IMG/VR virus record: IMGVR_UViG_3300027832_000015
DNA: 64,000 nt
Strand: one strand, 5' to 3'
From: an uncultured virus (IMG/VR IMGVR_UViG_3300027832_000015)
Taxonomy: Duplodnaviria > Heunggongvirae > Uroviricota > Caudoviricetes
Of the stretch, positions 1 through 7,791 are shown one piece after another. The notes under the pieces were generated by a model, which was given only the letters and a program-made list of their open reading frames with translations, searched no databases and was not told the DNA's origin. Positions within the stretch are counted from its first letter, which is position 1. Every line of letters begins with the position of its first letter. Position numbers and translations under genes: made by a program.

Positions 1-119
1 CCGAGGCTGAGCGAGCGCGAGGCCGCAACTCGGACAACGTCCAGCGATACGAGGGGATCTCAGACGGCTACCGAAACGCCGCTGGTCACATCCGATCGAA
101 AGGCAAGAGCGCACGATGA
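1..119 (+). CDS. partial hypothetical protein (3' end)
   Basis: Open frame from the window edge ending in TGA at 117-119, overlapping the next ATG (ATGA). Confidence 0.5.
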   Translation, partial: EAERARGRNSDNVQRYEGISDGYRNAAGHIRSKGKSAR

Positions 120-319
120 CCAGCAAGTACGCCGAAGCTGTCGCGTTGATGGCCGAACATATGCCACACTTTGACCGTGACGAGGTTGCAGCGATGATGG
201 AAGCACACGAAAGGGCTCGCCGGGCGGCGAAGATCCGAGCCTTCAAGGCGCAGAACGTTGTGCATATTGCATCTCGGGAGACAAGCCCTGGTCATCCTAC
301 GGAAACGAGCGAGCAATGA
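116..319 (+). CDS. hypothetical protein
   Basis: 67 aa, ATGA overlaps at both ends, typical phage operon packing. Confidence 0.7.
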   Translation: MTSKYAEAVALMAEHMPHFDRDEVAAMMEAHERARRAAKIRAFKAQNVVHIASRETSPGHPTETSEQ

Positions 320-867
320 TGACGACAGACCAGAGGGTCCAGCAGGTTGTACTACCGGAAGGCGTGGCCCGCAACATGTTCCCTGTCGTCACCGTCGTTC
401 GTGATCCGCACAACTTGCCGCCGACGATCACGTGGCTGGCAGGCCCGATCGAGTGCGAATGGTGCGTCGGTGAAGGCTGGCTATATGGCGACCCCGACCA
501 TTACGAGCGAGGGACCGAAGCGACAATGGTTTGTGAGGGCGACGACGGTGAGCCGACATGTCTTGGTCTGGGCTATCCGCCCATCGTTGAGGTTGTCAGC
601 GAACGTCTGGTGTGGACACGGGGGCAACCGTTAACCGTTCACGGTCGGCTTGCACTCGGGACACCCGTACCCGTCCACGGTGAGGACGATCAATCGTGGG
701 ATTGGGTGCCGTCGATCGAGATAGGGGACGAGGGCGCATGGTACTACTACGACCAGGCGTACTGCGATGACCCGAGCATCGAGACAAAGCCATCTGACAT
801 CTCGGACACCGTGGCTGGCACGCTCGTGCCTGGCGGTGTCGCCTATCCGGTGACGGTGGCGACATGA
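316..867 (+). CDS. hypothetical protein with CxxCxG-like Zn-finger motifs
   Basis: 183 aa, CEWCVGEG and TCLGLG motifs, overlapping neighbours. Confidence 0.75.
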   Translation: MMTTDQRVQQVVLPEGVARNMFPVVTVVRDPHNLPPTITWLAGPIECEWCVGEGWLYGDPDHYERGTEATMVCEGDDGEPTCLGLGYPPIVEVVSERLVWTRGQPLTVHGRLALGTPVPVHGEDDQSWDWVPSIEIGDEGAWYYYDQAYCDDPSIETKPSDISDTVAGTLVPGGVAYPVTVAT

Positions 868-1100
868 GCAACGACCGTGTTTACTTGACTACCAGCCACT
901 ACCGCCACCACTCCACAAAGACGCTTGCCGACACTCTGGCGGAAGCCAGCCGGACCGACTGGACGCCGTTCGATGTCTACGAAATCGACCTAACCCGACC
1001 TGATCGGCCGTCGATCCGTCTTGTCGCTTCACGCAGCAAAGGTGATCCGCCCCCGGTGACGGTGGAGACGCCGCGAGATGCGCACACTGTCACCAGTTGA
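864..1100 (+). CDS. hypothetical protein
   Basis: 78 aa, ATGA-coupled to the upstream gene. Confidence 0.65.
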   Translation: MSNDRVYLTTSHYRHHSTKTLADTLAEASRTDWTPFDVYEIDLTRPDRPSIRLVASRSKGDPPPVTVETPRDAHTVTS

Positions 1101-1138
1101 TCTATCACACCCCATCACGCACCAGAAAGGCCAGCACC

Positions 1139-1351
1139 ATGACCACCAACCGAGCAGACACGAAGAACCACTGCGTGCATTGCGAACGCCAGATCACCCT
1201 CGATACGAGGTGGCCCCGCCCGAAAGGATCATTGGGCATCTGGTATCACGACGACCTTTTGGACTACGACTCCTCAGGCTATTCGTGCGGCCTCGACGAC
1301 GGCGAAGACAACGAAGCCGAGCCTTACTCAACCCAGACGATTCCTCGATGA
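1139..1351 (+). CDS. small Cys/His-containing hypothetical protein
   Basis: ATG at 1139 after AGAAAGG RBS; CVHC...WYH...C. Confidence 0.65.
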   Translation: MTTNRADTKNHCVHCERQITLDTRWPRPKGSLGIWYHDDLLDYDSSGYSCGLDDGEDNEAEPYSTQTIPR

Positions 1352-1548
1352 GTGCCTTCCGCATGGAGCGCGACATGAGCGACCCGATCCTCATCGGCGG
1401 CGACTGGCTCGAAGACCCTGGCAGTCGTTACGTGCCGGTGGACTACCAGTCGGTGTTGGCGACTGTGACGGCTGGTATGGGGACACGTCAAGTCGATTAC
1501 GAAGAAGCGTTGCTTTCCCACACAGAGTCAGGTAACCTGTTGACATGA
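1348..1548 (+). CDS. hypothetical protein
   Basis: C-terminal part of the 1078-1548 ORF; ATG at 1348 overlaps the upstream stop. Confidence 0.55.
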   Translation: MSAFRMERDMSDPILIGGDWLEDPGSRYVPVDYQSVLATVTAGMGTRQVDYEEALLSHTESGNLLT

Positions 1549-1991
1549 TCGAATATCATGAATCCACCGACCTGTTCGAGATCGACGTAGAAGCAATCTG
1601 TCACGGGGTGAACACCCGTGGAATTGCTGGCGGTTTAGCCGCATCCGTGTTCAGCCGGTTCCCCGAGAACTATGAGGCGTACCAGAGAGAGTGCTCCCAA
1701 GGGAGGCTCACCCCCGGCATGATGATGAGCCACTACGAGAAAGACCAGTACGTCTACAACCTTGTGACCCAGAAAGAACCCGGGCCTGACGCAAAGATCA
1801 ACCTGATCGAATATGCGTTCACCGCAATGAGAAGCCATGCCATGGAGAACGATGTGAAATCCATCGGATGCCCTCAGGTAGGGGCCGGTATCGGAGGTCT
1901 TCAATGGAAATATGTGGATCAGGCCATCAAGAAGGTGTGGAGTACGGCACAGGGTGTCACCCTCCACATTGTCACCCGTGATAAGTTCTGA
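1545..1991 (+). CDS. macrodomain protein (TARG1/DarG/Poa1-like ADP-ribose hydrolase)
   Basis: DLF...AICHGVN...GGLA...F...FP, YVYNLVTQ, PQVGAGIGGLQW motifs. Confidence 0.88.
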   Translation: MIEYHESTDLFEIDVEAICHGVNTRGIAGGLAASVFSRFPENYEAYQRECSQGRLTPGMMMSHYEKDQYVYNLVTQKEPGPDAKINLIEYAFTAMRSHAMENDVKSIGCPQVGAGIGGLQWKYVDQAIKKVWSTAQGVTLHIVTRDKF

Positions 1992-1994
1992 ACC

Positions 1995-2192
1995 ATGAAC
2001 GAAAAAGAACTCATCGCTCTACTGAATGGCATGTCCGATGAAGCGTCGAGACTGATGCCGACGATTGAAGGACTCGCAGAGTATGCGCTGGACAACGAAA
2101 CGCCGGGGCTCGACGCCATGATCGCTGATGTCATGACCTACATGGCGTGGGTGAGGCAGTCTGTGGTGGGGTTGGCGAATGCTTCCGGTTGA
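1995..2192 (+). CDS. hypothetical protein
   Basis: 65 aa directly after the macrodomain gene. Confidence 0.6.
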   Translation: MNEKELIALLNGMSDEASRLMPTIEGLAEYALDNETPGLDAMIADVMTYMAWVRQSVVGLANASG

Positions 2193-2319
2193 GAGGTACT
2201 CGATCTGCCTTGAGTGTCCTCGGTTCCGCAAGGGTTTGCGTCAATGCAAGGAATGCGGATGTTTCATGCCTGTGAAGGTCAAGATCAAATCGCAGTCATG
2301 TCCGCTCGGCAAGTGGTGA
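2179..2319 (+). CDS. 46-aa Cys-rich protein (DUF6171-like)
   Basis: Not in ORF track; translates MLPVERYSICLECPRFRKGLRQCKECGCFMPVKVKIKSQSCPLGKW. Confidence 0.7.
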   Translation: MLPVERYSICLECPRFRKGLRQCKECGCFMPVKVKIKSQSCPLGKW

Positions 2320-2329
2320 CGGTCACCCG

Positions 2330-3085
2330 CTAGGCCGCCCAGCCTGCGTTGTAGCCGTACAAAAAGTCGATCTGAGGGACCGCATCCAGTTGTGCTGTCA
2401 TGCGTGTCGCACAGATCGGTGTTCCATGTTCGTTGTACTGGTCGAGCCGTGTGATCACGTTCCCGTAGGCGCGTCCTTCGATCTGGTGTGTCAGGTACAC
2501 CTTCTCGAAAGCGGCACCAGTGAACCAGTGGGTGACCAGCGACTGGGTTGATCCGAAGCGTCCGACTAGGTGGGCGAGGTTGATGGTGCCGAAGTCGGCG
2601 AGGACTGCTGACGCGGCGAGGTCGATGTCGTGGCCCTCCAGCCACATCATTGCCCCTCCACGTCGGAACCATCCTTTCAGATAGTCCCAGATGTTGTCAG
2701 CGCCACCGATCCCCCAGTCCCATTCGCTTTCACGGAACTGTGGGACGGTCACGGTTGGTGTCACGACACCATCAGGTTGGCTGTCTGTTGATGAGAGGAC
2801 GTTGGAATGTGCGATGAGCCGGTCACCCTGTGTGAGAGTCACTACAGTGACCCGTGACGAGTCAATTCGGTTCCGTGTAACAGTCACGGGTTCGTCAGGG
2901 TTCGCCTTGGCGTAGAAGAACGTCGATGTGTTGACTGGTCGTCCATCTTGAGCACCTGAAATTGTGGCCACCGCATGAAGGACTCCACCGAAGACGAACG
3001 GCTTTGCACCTCCTGTCCAGATCGAATGCTTCGACTCGGGATGAAAGTGCTCGTCTTCAGCGGAGTGCGATATGAACGTGCTCAT
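2330..3085 (-). CDS. putative double-hotdog (TesB-like) thioesterase-family protein
   Basis: 251 aa; VFGG-x-L-x-A helix, P-x-x-x-S-x-x-F strand, later LADF; by-eye resemblance only. Confidence 0.5.
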   Translation of the reverse strand: MSTFISHSAEDEHFHPESKHSIWTGGAKPFVFGGVLHAVATISGAQDGRPVNTSTFFYAKANPDEPVTVTRNRIDSSRVTVVTLTQGDRLIAHSNVLSSTDSQPDGVVTPTVTVPQFRESEWDWGIGGADNIWDYLKGWFRRGGAMMWLEGHDIDLAASAVLADFGTINLAHLVGRFGSTQSLVTHWFTGAAFEKVYLTHQIEGRAYGNVITRLDQYNEHGTPICATRMTAQLDAVPQIDFLYGYNAGWAA

Positions 3086-3402
3086 TGATCCCTGTCCATG
3101 GCGTGACCGATGGCTTTCAATATGTACTGTTCGACAGCGGTACTGATCGTGTCGGTGGCTAAAGGCCCGTCGATGGTGGCCACATGGCTCCCATCAGTCG
3201 ACATAATGTTGATGGTGTCTACCCGTAGGCTCCTGATCGTTTCAGCCGATTCTCTCAGCAGATGCGACGTGACGTCCACATGGAAGGTGTTTGCGTCCAT
3301 CACGTCAGCGAGCGCCGTCAAAGTGTCCTCGATCGGTTCGTCACCTACCTCCACCTTGACGACGGATCTCTCGGCAGCCTGACACTCTCTCGGTTGATTC
3401 AT
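3082..3402 (-). CDS. hypothetical protein
   Basis: 106 aa, ATGA-coupled on both sides. Confidence 0.7.
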   Translation of the reverse strand: MNQPRECQAAERSVVKVEVGDEPIEDTLTALADVMDANTFHVDVTSHLLRESAETIRSLRVDTINIMSTDGSHVATIDGPLATDTISTAVEQYILKAIGHAMDRDQ

Positions 3403-3677
3403 GGAGTGAATGATAGCGCAATCGACTGACCTACGTAGACGTTCGATGATCCGTTGTTGAGGGTGATCGTGTCATGGACGGCGTTCTGGATGTTGCCGTT
3501 GCAGTGCTTCTCAACGGTTGACCAGATGGTGGGGTCTTGGTGTGTGACTGTTCCGTATTGGGAGTTGCAGGTGTATGAGTCGAGGGCTTCGATTCGGTTG
3601 AAGATGAATAGGATGGTGAGGAAGGAGGCGGTGAATAGGGCGATGTAGGTGAGGGTGTTGTGGATGCGGTGACTCAT
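3399..3677 (-). CDS. membrane-anchored LysM-like protein (YneA/ChiZ-like architecture)
   Basis: N-terminal hydrophobic helix, then TIWS...V..I.TLN....VYVGQSI LysM pattern. Confidence 0.6.
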   Translation of the reverse strand: MSHRIHNTLTYIALFTASFLTILFIFNRIEALDSYTCNSQYGTVTHQDPTIWSTVEKHCNGNIQNAVHDTITLNNGSSNVYVGQSIALSFTP

Positions 3678-3837
3678 GGTGGTTAGGTTATCGCCTCTTC
3701 GACTCTAACCTTCCAACAGGCGCCATGCTGCTACATGTCTCTCTTATGCCACGACAGTCACCACGACGTCCATAGCTACCCGTGGGCCTCTTGAGCCATC
3801 ACACACGCCACCACGCTCGACACAGGCGCACACAGGG

Positions 3838-3972
3838 CCACACCTGACCCCTCCATCGCACATCAACCCCAGCACACACCGCAGACCCCACACCCCCACC
3901 CCCACACCTGACCCCTCCATCGCACATCAACCCCAGCACACACCGCAGACCCCACACCCCCACCCCCACACC
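3838..3972. repeat. perfect 64-bp tandem duplication (2 copies plus 7 nt)
   Basis: ccacacctgacccctccatcgcacatcaaccccagcacacaccgcagaccccacacccccaccc at 3838 and 3902. Confidence 0.93.
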
Positions 3973-4009
3973 CACAGCCCCGACAAACTTTTTCGATCAC
4001 ACAAACAAC

Positions 4010-4024
4010 CAGCGGGGGCCGCTG
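4010..4024. other. short inverted repeat at the C/A-to-G/T skew switch
   Basis: CAGCGG-GGG-CCGCTG sits where the composition flips. Confidence 0.7.
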
Positions 4025-4139
4025 TGTGGGGTTTTTGTTTTGGGGGGGTTGTGTTTAGTTTTATCTGGGTGGTGTTAGTGGGTGTAGGGGGGTTTGTGTT
4101 TTTTTGTGATGTGGTTCCAGATGTGTTTGATCTATTGTT

Positions 4140-4830
4140 TTATTGTCGTGGGGTTGGTTGTGTGTGGTGTGTTTTGGGGTGGTTGGTTGGGGTTTGTGGG
4201 TTTTGGGGGTTGTGGGGGTGTGGGTGTTTTCGTTGTGGGTGGTGGTGGGGGTGGTGTTTTTTTGTTTGGTCTGGTGGGTGTTGTTTAAATTTGTGGGCGG
4301 TTTTTTGGTGTGTGTGGTGGTTGCGGGTGGTGGGGTTGTACCAGTTTGGTTGGTTGTGGTTGTTGTGGGTTGCCCATGATTGTGTGATGTCGGGGAGGCG
4401 GATGTGGGTGTGTTTGGGTGTTCCCCAGTGGTGGGTGTGGTTGTGGATGATTTGGATGGTTTGGGCGATTGATGCTCCGGGCCAGCCGATGTTGTTGAGT
4501 GTTTGGTTGGTGTGGTTGGCGAGGATGTGGGGCCATGTGTGTTGGTGGTTGAGGGCGTATCCGGCGGTGATTGAGTTTCTTGCGGTGGGGAGGTCGGGGT
4601 TGGTGGTGGAGTTGGTGTCGTGCCAGTTTTGTTGGTTGACGGTGTAGGTGTGGTTGGGGATGGGGGTGTGCCAGTTTTGGCCTTGTGTTGTTTTTGTTCC
4701 GTTTAGATTTGTTTGTATGTGTGGGGGGGGTGAAGTGTTGGTATTGGATGTTTTTGTGGTGTTCTCATGCGGTGTGGTAGTCGAAGTCGATGATTGTTGG
4801 GGTGGTTTGTTTTAGGTATTCGGAGAGCAT
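4140..4830 (-). pseudogene. hypermutated SGNH/GDSL-hydrolase-like pseudogene
   Basis: ATG 4830 after AGGA; in-frame TGA 4767-4765; frameshift near the G8 run 4723-4730; then ARNSITAGYAL...TWPHILA...NNIGWPGAS...LPD, matching SGNH blocks I and II. Confidence 0.75.
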
Positions 4831-4874
4831 GGTTTGTCCTGTGGGTTTTGCCGTCGTGTTGGTTGGGTTTAGAT

Positions 4875-5060
4875 TTATCTGTTCTGTTTGGTTGGTGGGG
4901 GTCCGTGTTCGAGGGCCTCTTCCAGAAGTTTCCCGTCAATTGAAAATGTATTTTTTTCCTTGTTGTATCTTTCGCTGTGGGCGGCGAAAACTATCTCTCC
5001 GTCTTCAACGATGGAGAGTGCGGCGTCGTGGCTCGAATCGTTGATGCCGTAGATCCTCAT
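4875..5060 (-). pseudogene. truncated carbamoyltransferase (NodU/CmcH family, N-terminal 61 aa only)
   Basis: MRIYGINDSSHDAALSIVEDGEIVFAAHSERYNKEKN is the family N-terminus; stop after 61 aa. Confidence 0.85.
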
Positions 5061-5803
5061 CGCGGATCGTCGATATTCCAGTCGGGCGGAATTTTTTGTG
5101 GGTCGACATTTGGGATTTGTTCGGAGGGAATCATGTTTATAATTTCCCTGTAGTTGCTGAATCGTTTCCACCAGTCGTTGGGTAGATTTGGCAGGAGGTT
5201 GTGAATCAGGGTGCGGGCGTGTGGCCAGAATGATGTCATGACGAAACGTTCGCCTGAGGTGACCTCTGTGACTCCATGTAGGTATTGATGTGAGGCCGGG
5301 AACGCGATGAACATTCCGGGTTGTGGCCTGACTTCGATTCCTTGGTGCTCGAAGTAGGTTTGTCCACCTGTGAAGTCGTTGTTGAAGTAGAGCACGGACG
5401 CGATGTCGTATTGGTGGAGGCTGAGCGGGGCGTGTTCGCCCCTGATGGGGCTGAAGATGAGCGTTCCGTCTGAGTGTCCAACATCTGAGTGTGCTGACTG
5501 CTTGTCTCCCTGCACCCATTTACGCATGGCGAAGACGTTTGGTTGGAGAACGGTTTCTCCGAAAAAATCTTCGATGTGTGTTTTGGCTCGGAGGGAGATT
5601 TCCTCAAACAAATCTTGGAGGAAACTCCATTCGTTCTTATCCCTCAGCACGTTGGTGTCTTGTGACCAATGTGAACGCTCTTGGTAGTCTGCTCCTGCTG
5701 GCTGAACCCAAGGACATTCAGTGTTGAAGAAGTGCATGAATGTTCCGCACTCATTCTCTGAGAGGAAATTCGGCGCCACGTAAAGTTGGGGGGCGCTACT
5801 CAT
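5057..5803 (-). CDS. 2OG-Fe(II) oxygenase (prolyl-hydroxylase-like)
   Basis: HSD, SVLYFNNDFTGG, HGVTEVTSGERF motifs. Confidence 0.92.
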   Translation of the reverse strand: MSSAPQLYVAPNFLSENECGTFMHFFNTECPWVQPAGADYQERSHWSQDTNVLRDKNEWSFLQDLFEEISLRAKTHIEDFFGETVLQPNVFAMRKWVQGDKQSAHSDVGHSDGTLIFSPIRGEHAPLSLHQYDIASVLYFNNDFTGGQTYFEHQGIEVRPQPGMFIAFPASHQYLHGVTEVTSGERFVMTSFWPHARTLIHNLLPNLPNDWWKRFSNYREIINMIPSEQIPNVDPQKIPPDWNIDDPR

Positions 5804-5804
5804 G

Positions 5805-6149
5805 TCAGTCGTCTTCTGTTGCGTCGTCTTCTGTTGCGTTTAGGTTGTCATGATAGGAGGCGGCTAGGATTTGCGCCTGACGCTCCATCGTGATTGGGTC
5901 CAAAATCTTGGGGAGGCTCACTTCAAGATGGCCGATAATTTTGTAGGCGATAACGCTGTTCTCGGTGTCGACGTAGTGGGGTTGAAGGAGACGAAGGTAG
6001 TCCCCGTCCCACATGACCACATAGATGCGTGAATCGTCTCCGTCACCAAACTTGAAGGTACACATTTGCGTGTGCATCGCATGCCCGGCGGTGCTTAGTT
6101 CGGAAATTTGGTCGCTGTCGACGGTTGGGATTTCTGTCTCGTCACTCAT
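5805..6149 (-). CDS. hypothetical protein
   Basis: 114 aa in a tightly packed minus-strand run. Confidence 0.7.
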   Translation of the reverse strand: MSDETEIPTVDSDQISELSTAGHAMHTQMCTFKFGDGDDSRIYVVMWDGDYLRLLQPHYVDTENSVIAYKIIGHLEVSLPKILDPITMERQAQILAASYHDNLNATEDDATEDD

Positions 6150-6178
6150 ACTTTTATCCTAGATGATGGTTGTGTTGT

Positions 6179-6763
6179 TCATTGTTGGATAGCATAAAAA
6201 ATTGAAGCAAGTTGATGGATGTATAGGTTCCAACAGTCGGTCCAGAAAACTGTTCCGTTCGTCGGGTCTTGTTGACCGGCTTTCCAGAACTTTTTGTGCC
6301 TATCGAAAATCTGCCTGTTGGCGACTCCGACGACCCATGCCGTGTTGAACCGTTCGATCTCAGAGGAGTTGTTGGCGCTCCGTTGGAGAGAAACGAAGGC
6401 GTAGTAGTCGGCCATTTGATGTTCGTGGTTGTAGGCCGGAAGCGTTGCCTCGTAGTTGGGTCTAGGGGCGACTGTTCGATCTTTTGTTTTGACCTCGATG
6501 GTCTTTTTTTCGAGTTCAGCGTTGGTGATTCCGAGGTCGTGCTTCGTGGTGTACATGGGCTCGAATTGTATTTTGTTGTCCTCAAGTACCCGTTCGGACA
6601 CGATCTCGCCGAGGCATCCGACGATGTTGGCTTCTTCCTTGCGATGTGATCCTCGAAACACCGGGAGGCTTTCAGCCCTTTCGGTAGCCTTTCGATACAT
6701 ATCGGGGGTGATATTGACTTTCAGGAAACTGGTGTTTTGTCTGCCGGGCACGTCTCGTATCAA
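6179..6763 (-). CDS. PD-(D/E)xK restriction-endonuclease-like protein
   Basis: GCLGE...HDL...IEVKTK...DYYAFV pattern. Confidence 0.65.
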   Translation of the reverse strand: MIRDVPGRQNTSFLKVNITPDMYRKATERAESLPVFRGSHRKEEANIVGCLGEIVSERVLEDNKIQFEPMYTTKHDLGITNAELEKKTIEVKTKDRTVAPRPNYEATLPAYNHEHQMADYYAFVSLQRSANNSSEIERFNTAWVVGVANRQIFDRHKKFWKAGQQDPTNGTVFWTDCWNLYIHQLASIFYAIQQ

Positions 6764-6778
6764 CCATACGCAGATCCG

Positions 6779-7504
6779 TCAACGGTTGTTTTGTTCTGAA
6801 GCGAACTGTCCTGTCGTGAGGGCGTAGGGCGGATTGTCGATATGCCATACATTGACCACGATGACCTGCTTGATGCCAGACTCGATCGGAGTCGTCTCAT
6901 GGAGGCGGTGGCCAGCGTCGAATACGACAAGCCGGTCGGGTTTGCACGCGATCCGTTCCCGACGCTCGATCGGAGAGATCAAAGATGCGGTGTTTTCCTC
7001 TTCGAGTCTCATCGAGCCTTCATCGATGCCGTGTTCGTGAATCTCAAGAAACGACCCTGTTGATTCGCTGAATCCGTACCAGACGCAGCCGATCCTCGGA
7101 CCTTGGAACCATTGAGTGTCCGCGTACAGAAATGTGTCTTCGTCGACGTGCCTAGCAAGAAATTGGCCGTGAACGAAGGTGCGAACCCAGTATTCGAAGC
7201 CTGCCACTTCCTCTTCTGGGAAGGGTAGAAGTCCTGTATCCCGCCATATTTTCTCGATGAGGCGTTGCCGGTTGGTTTGGGCGGGGGATTCCCACCATCC
7301 TGACCAGAAAGCGTATGGCGCGTAGCAGTCAGATTGTTCTGAGTGAAATTCGTTGAGAGTCTTCCCTATGTTTTCTCCGGGCATTTCCGGAGGGAAGAAT
7401 GATTGATCTTCTCGTATCGGGTGTTCAAGGTCTGTTCCGGATACGAAATTATCAAAAACGAATAGGGTCATTTGTTGAAGATGGTGACCAGTCGCGCCCG
7501 CCAA
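6779..7504 (-). CDS. 2OG-Fe(II) oxygenase-like protein
   Basis: GFEYW...HVDED...RLVVFD...LHET; start may be the internal Met of MTLFVFD. Confidence 0.75.
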   Translation of the reverse strand: MAGATGHHLQQMTLFVFDNFVSGTDLEHPIREDQSFFPPEMPGENIGKTLNEFHSEQSDCYAPYAFWSGWWESPAQTNRQRLIEKIWRDTGLLPFPEEEVAGFEYWVRTFVHGQFLARHVDEDTFLYADTQWFQGPRIGCVWYGFSESTGSFLEIHEHGIDEGSMRLEEENTASLISPIERRERIACKPDRLVVFDAGHRLHETTPIESGIKQVIVVNVWHIDNPPYALTTGQFASEQNNR

Positions 7505-7746
7505 GATGGCTTCTCAAGGATCGTCACGTAAGTGATTTTTTCCGGCTCGGAAACGGGCGCCGTAACTGTTTCTATGTGTTGTTTTGGGCGCGGATCGAGG
7601 CCAGCGTATGGCCCTACGATCTTCCTAGGTGCAGCTTTTTTTGCGACCGTCTTTTTGACCGTAATCTTCTTAGCGGCAGATTTTTTTGCTGCCGGTGTCT
7701 TTTTGACCGCTTTCTTGACGGCCTTTTTTTTCTCGCTGTTTGCCAT
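7468..7746 (-). CDS. histone H1-like Lys/Ala-rich basic protein
   Basis: KKAVKKAVKKTPAAKKSAAKK repeats. Confidence 0.7.
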   Translation of the reverse strand: MANSEKKKAVKKAVKKTPAAKKSAAKKITVKKTVAKKAAPRKIVGPYAGLDPRPKQHIETVTAPVSEPEKITYVTILEKPSWRARLVTIFNK

Positions 7747-7791
7747 TTTGTGTTGCTCCGAATTCTGGTTTATTGAACTATTGTACTGGAT

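Noticed and set aside
3838..3972. CRISPR array
   Set aside because: Two abutting copies with no spacers; the RecB/Cas4-like gene sits in a recombination module and no other cas genes are visible
4021..4330. Eukaryotic telomere repeat or contamination
   Set aside because: No fixed repeat unit, and the tract grades continuously into a recognisable phage gene remnant
4024..4647. 207-aa Trp/Val/Gly/Cys-rich plus-strand ORF and overlapping short ORFs
   Set aside because: Antisense shadow of the decayed minus-strand gene; G/T-only sequence rarely forms stop codons
4020..4900. Diversity-generating retroelement as the cause of hypermutation
   Set aside because: No reverse transcriptase or template/variable repeat pair in the window, and the changes involve both C>T and A>G rather than A-to-N only
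4875..5519. 214-aa minus-strand ORF as listed
   Set aside because: Only the last 61 codons (from ATG 5060) are meaningful; the rest overlaps the oxygenase in another frame
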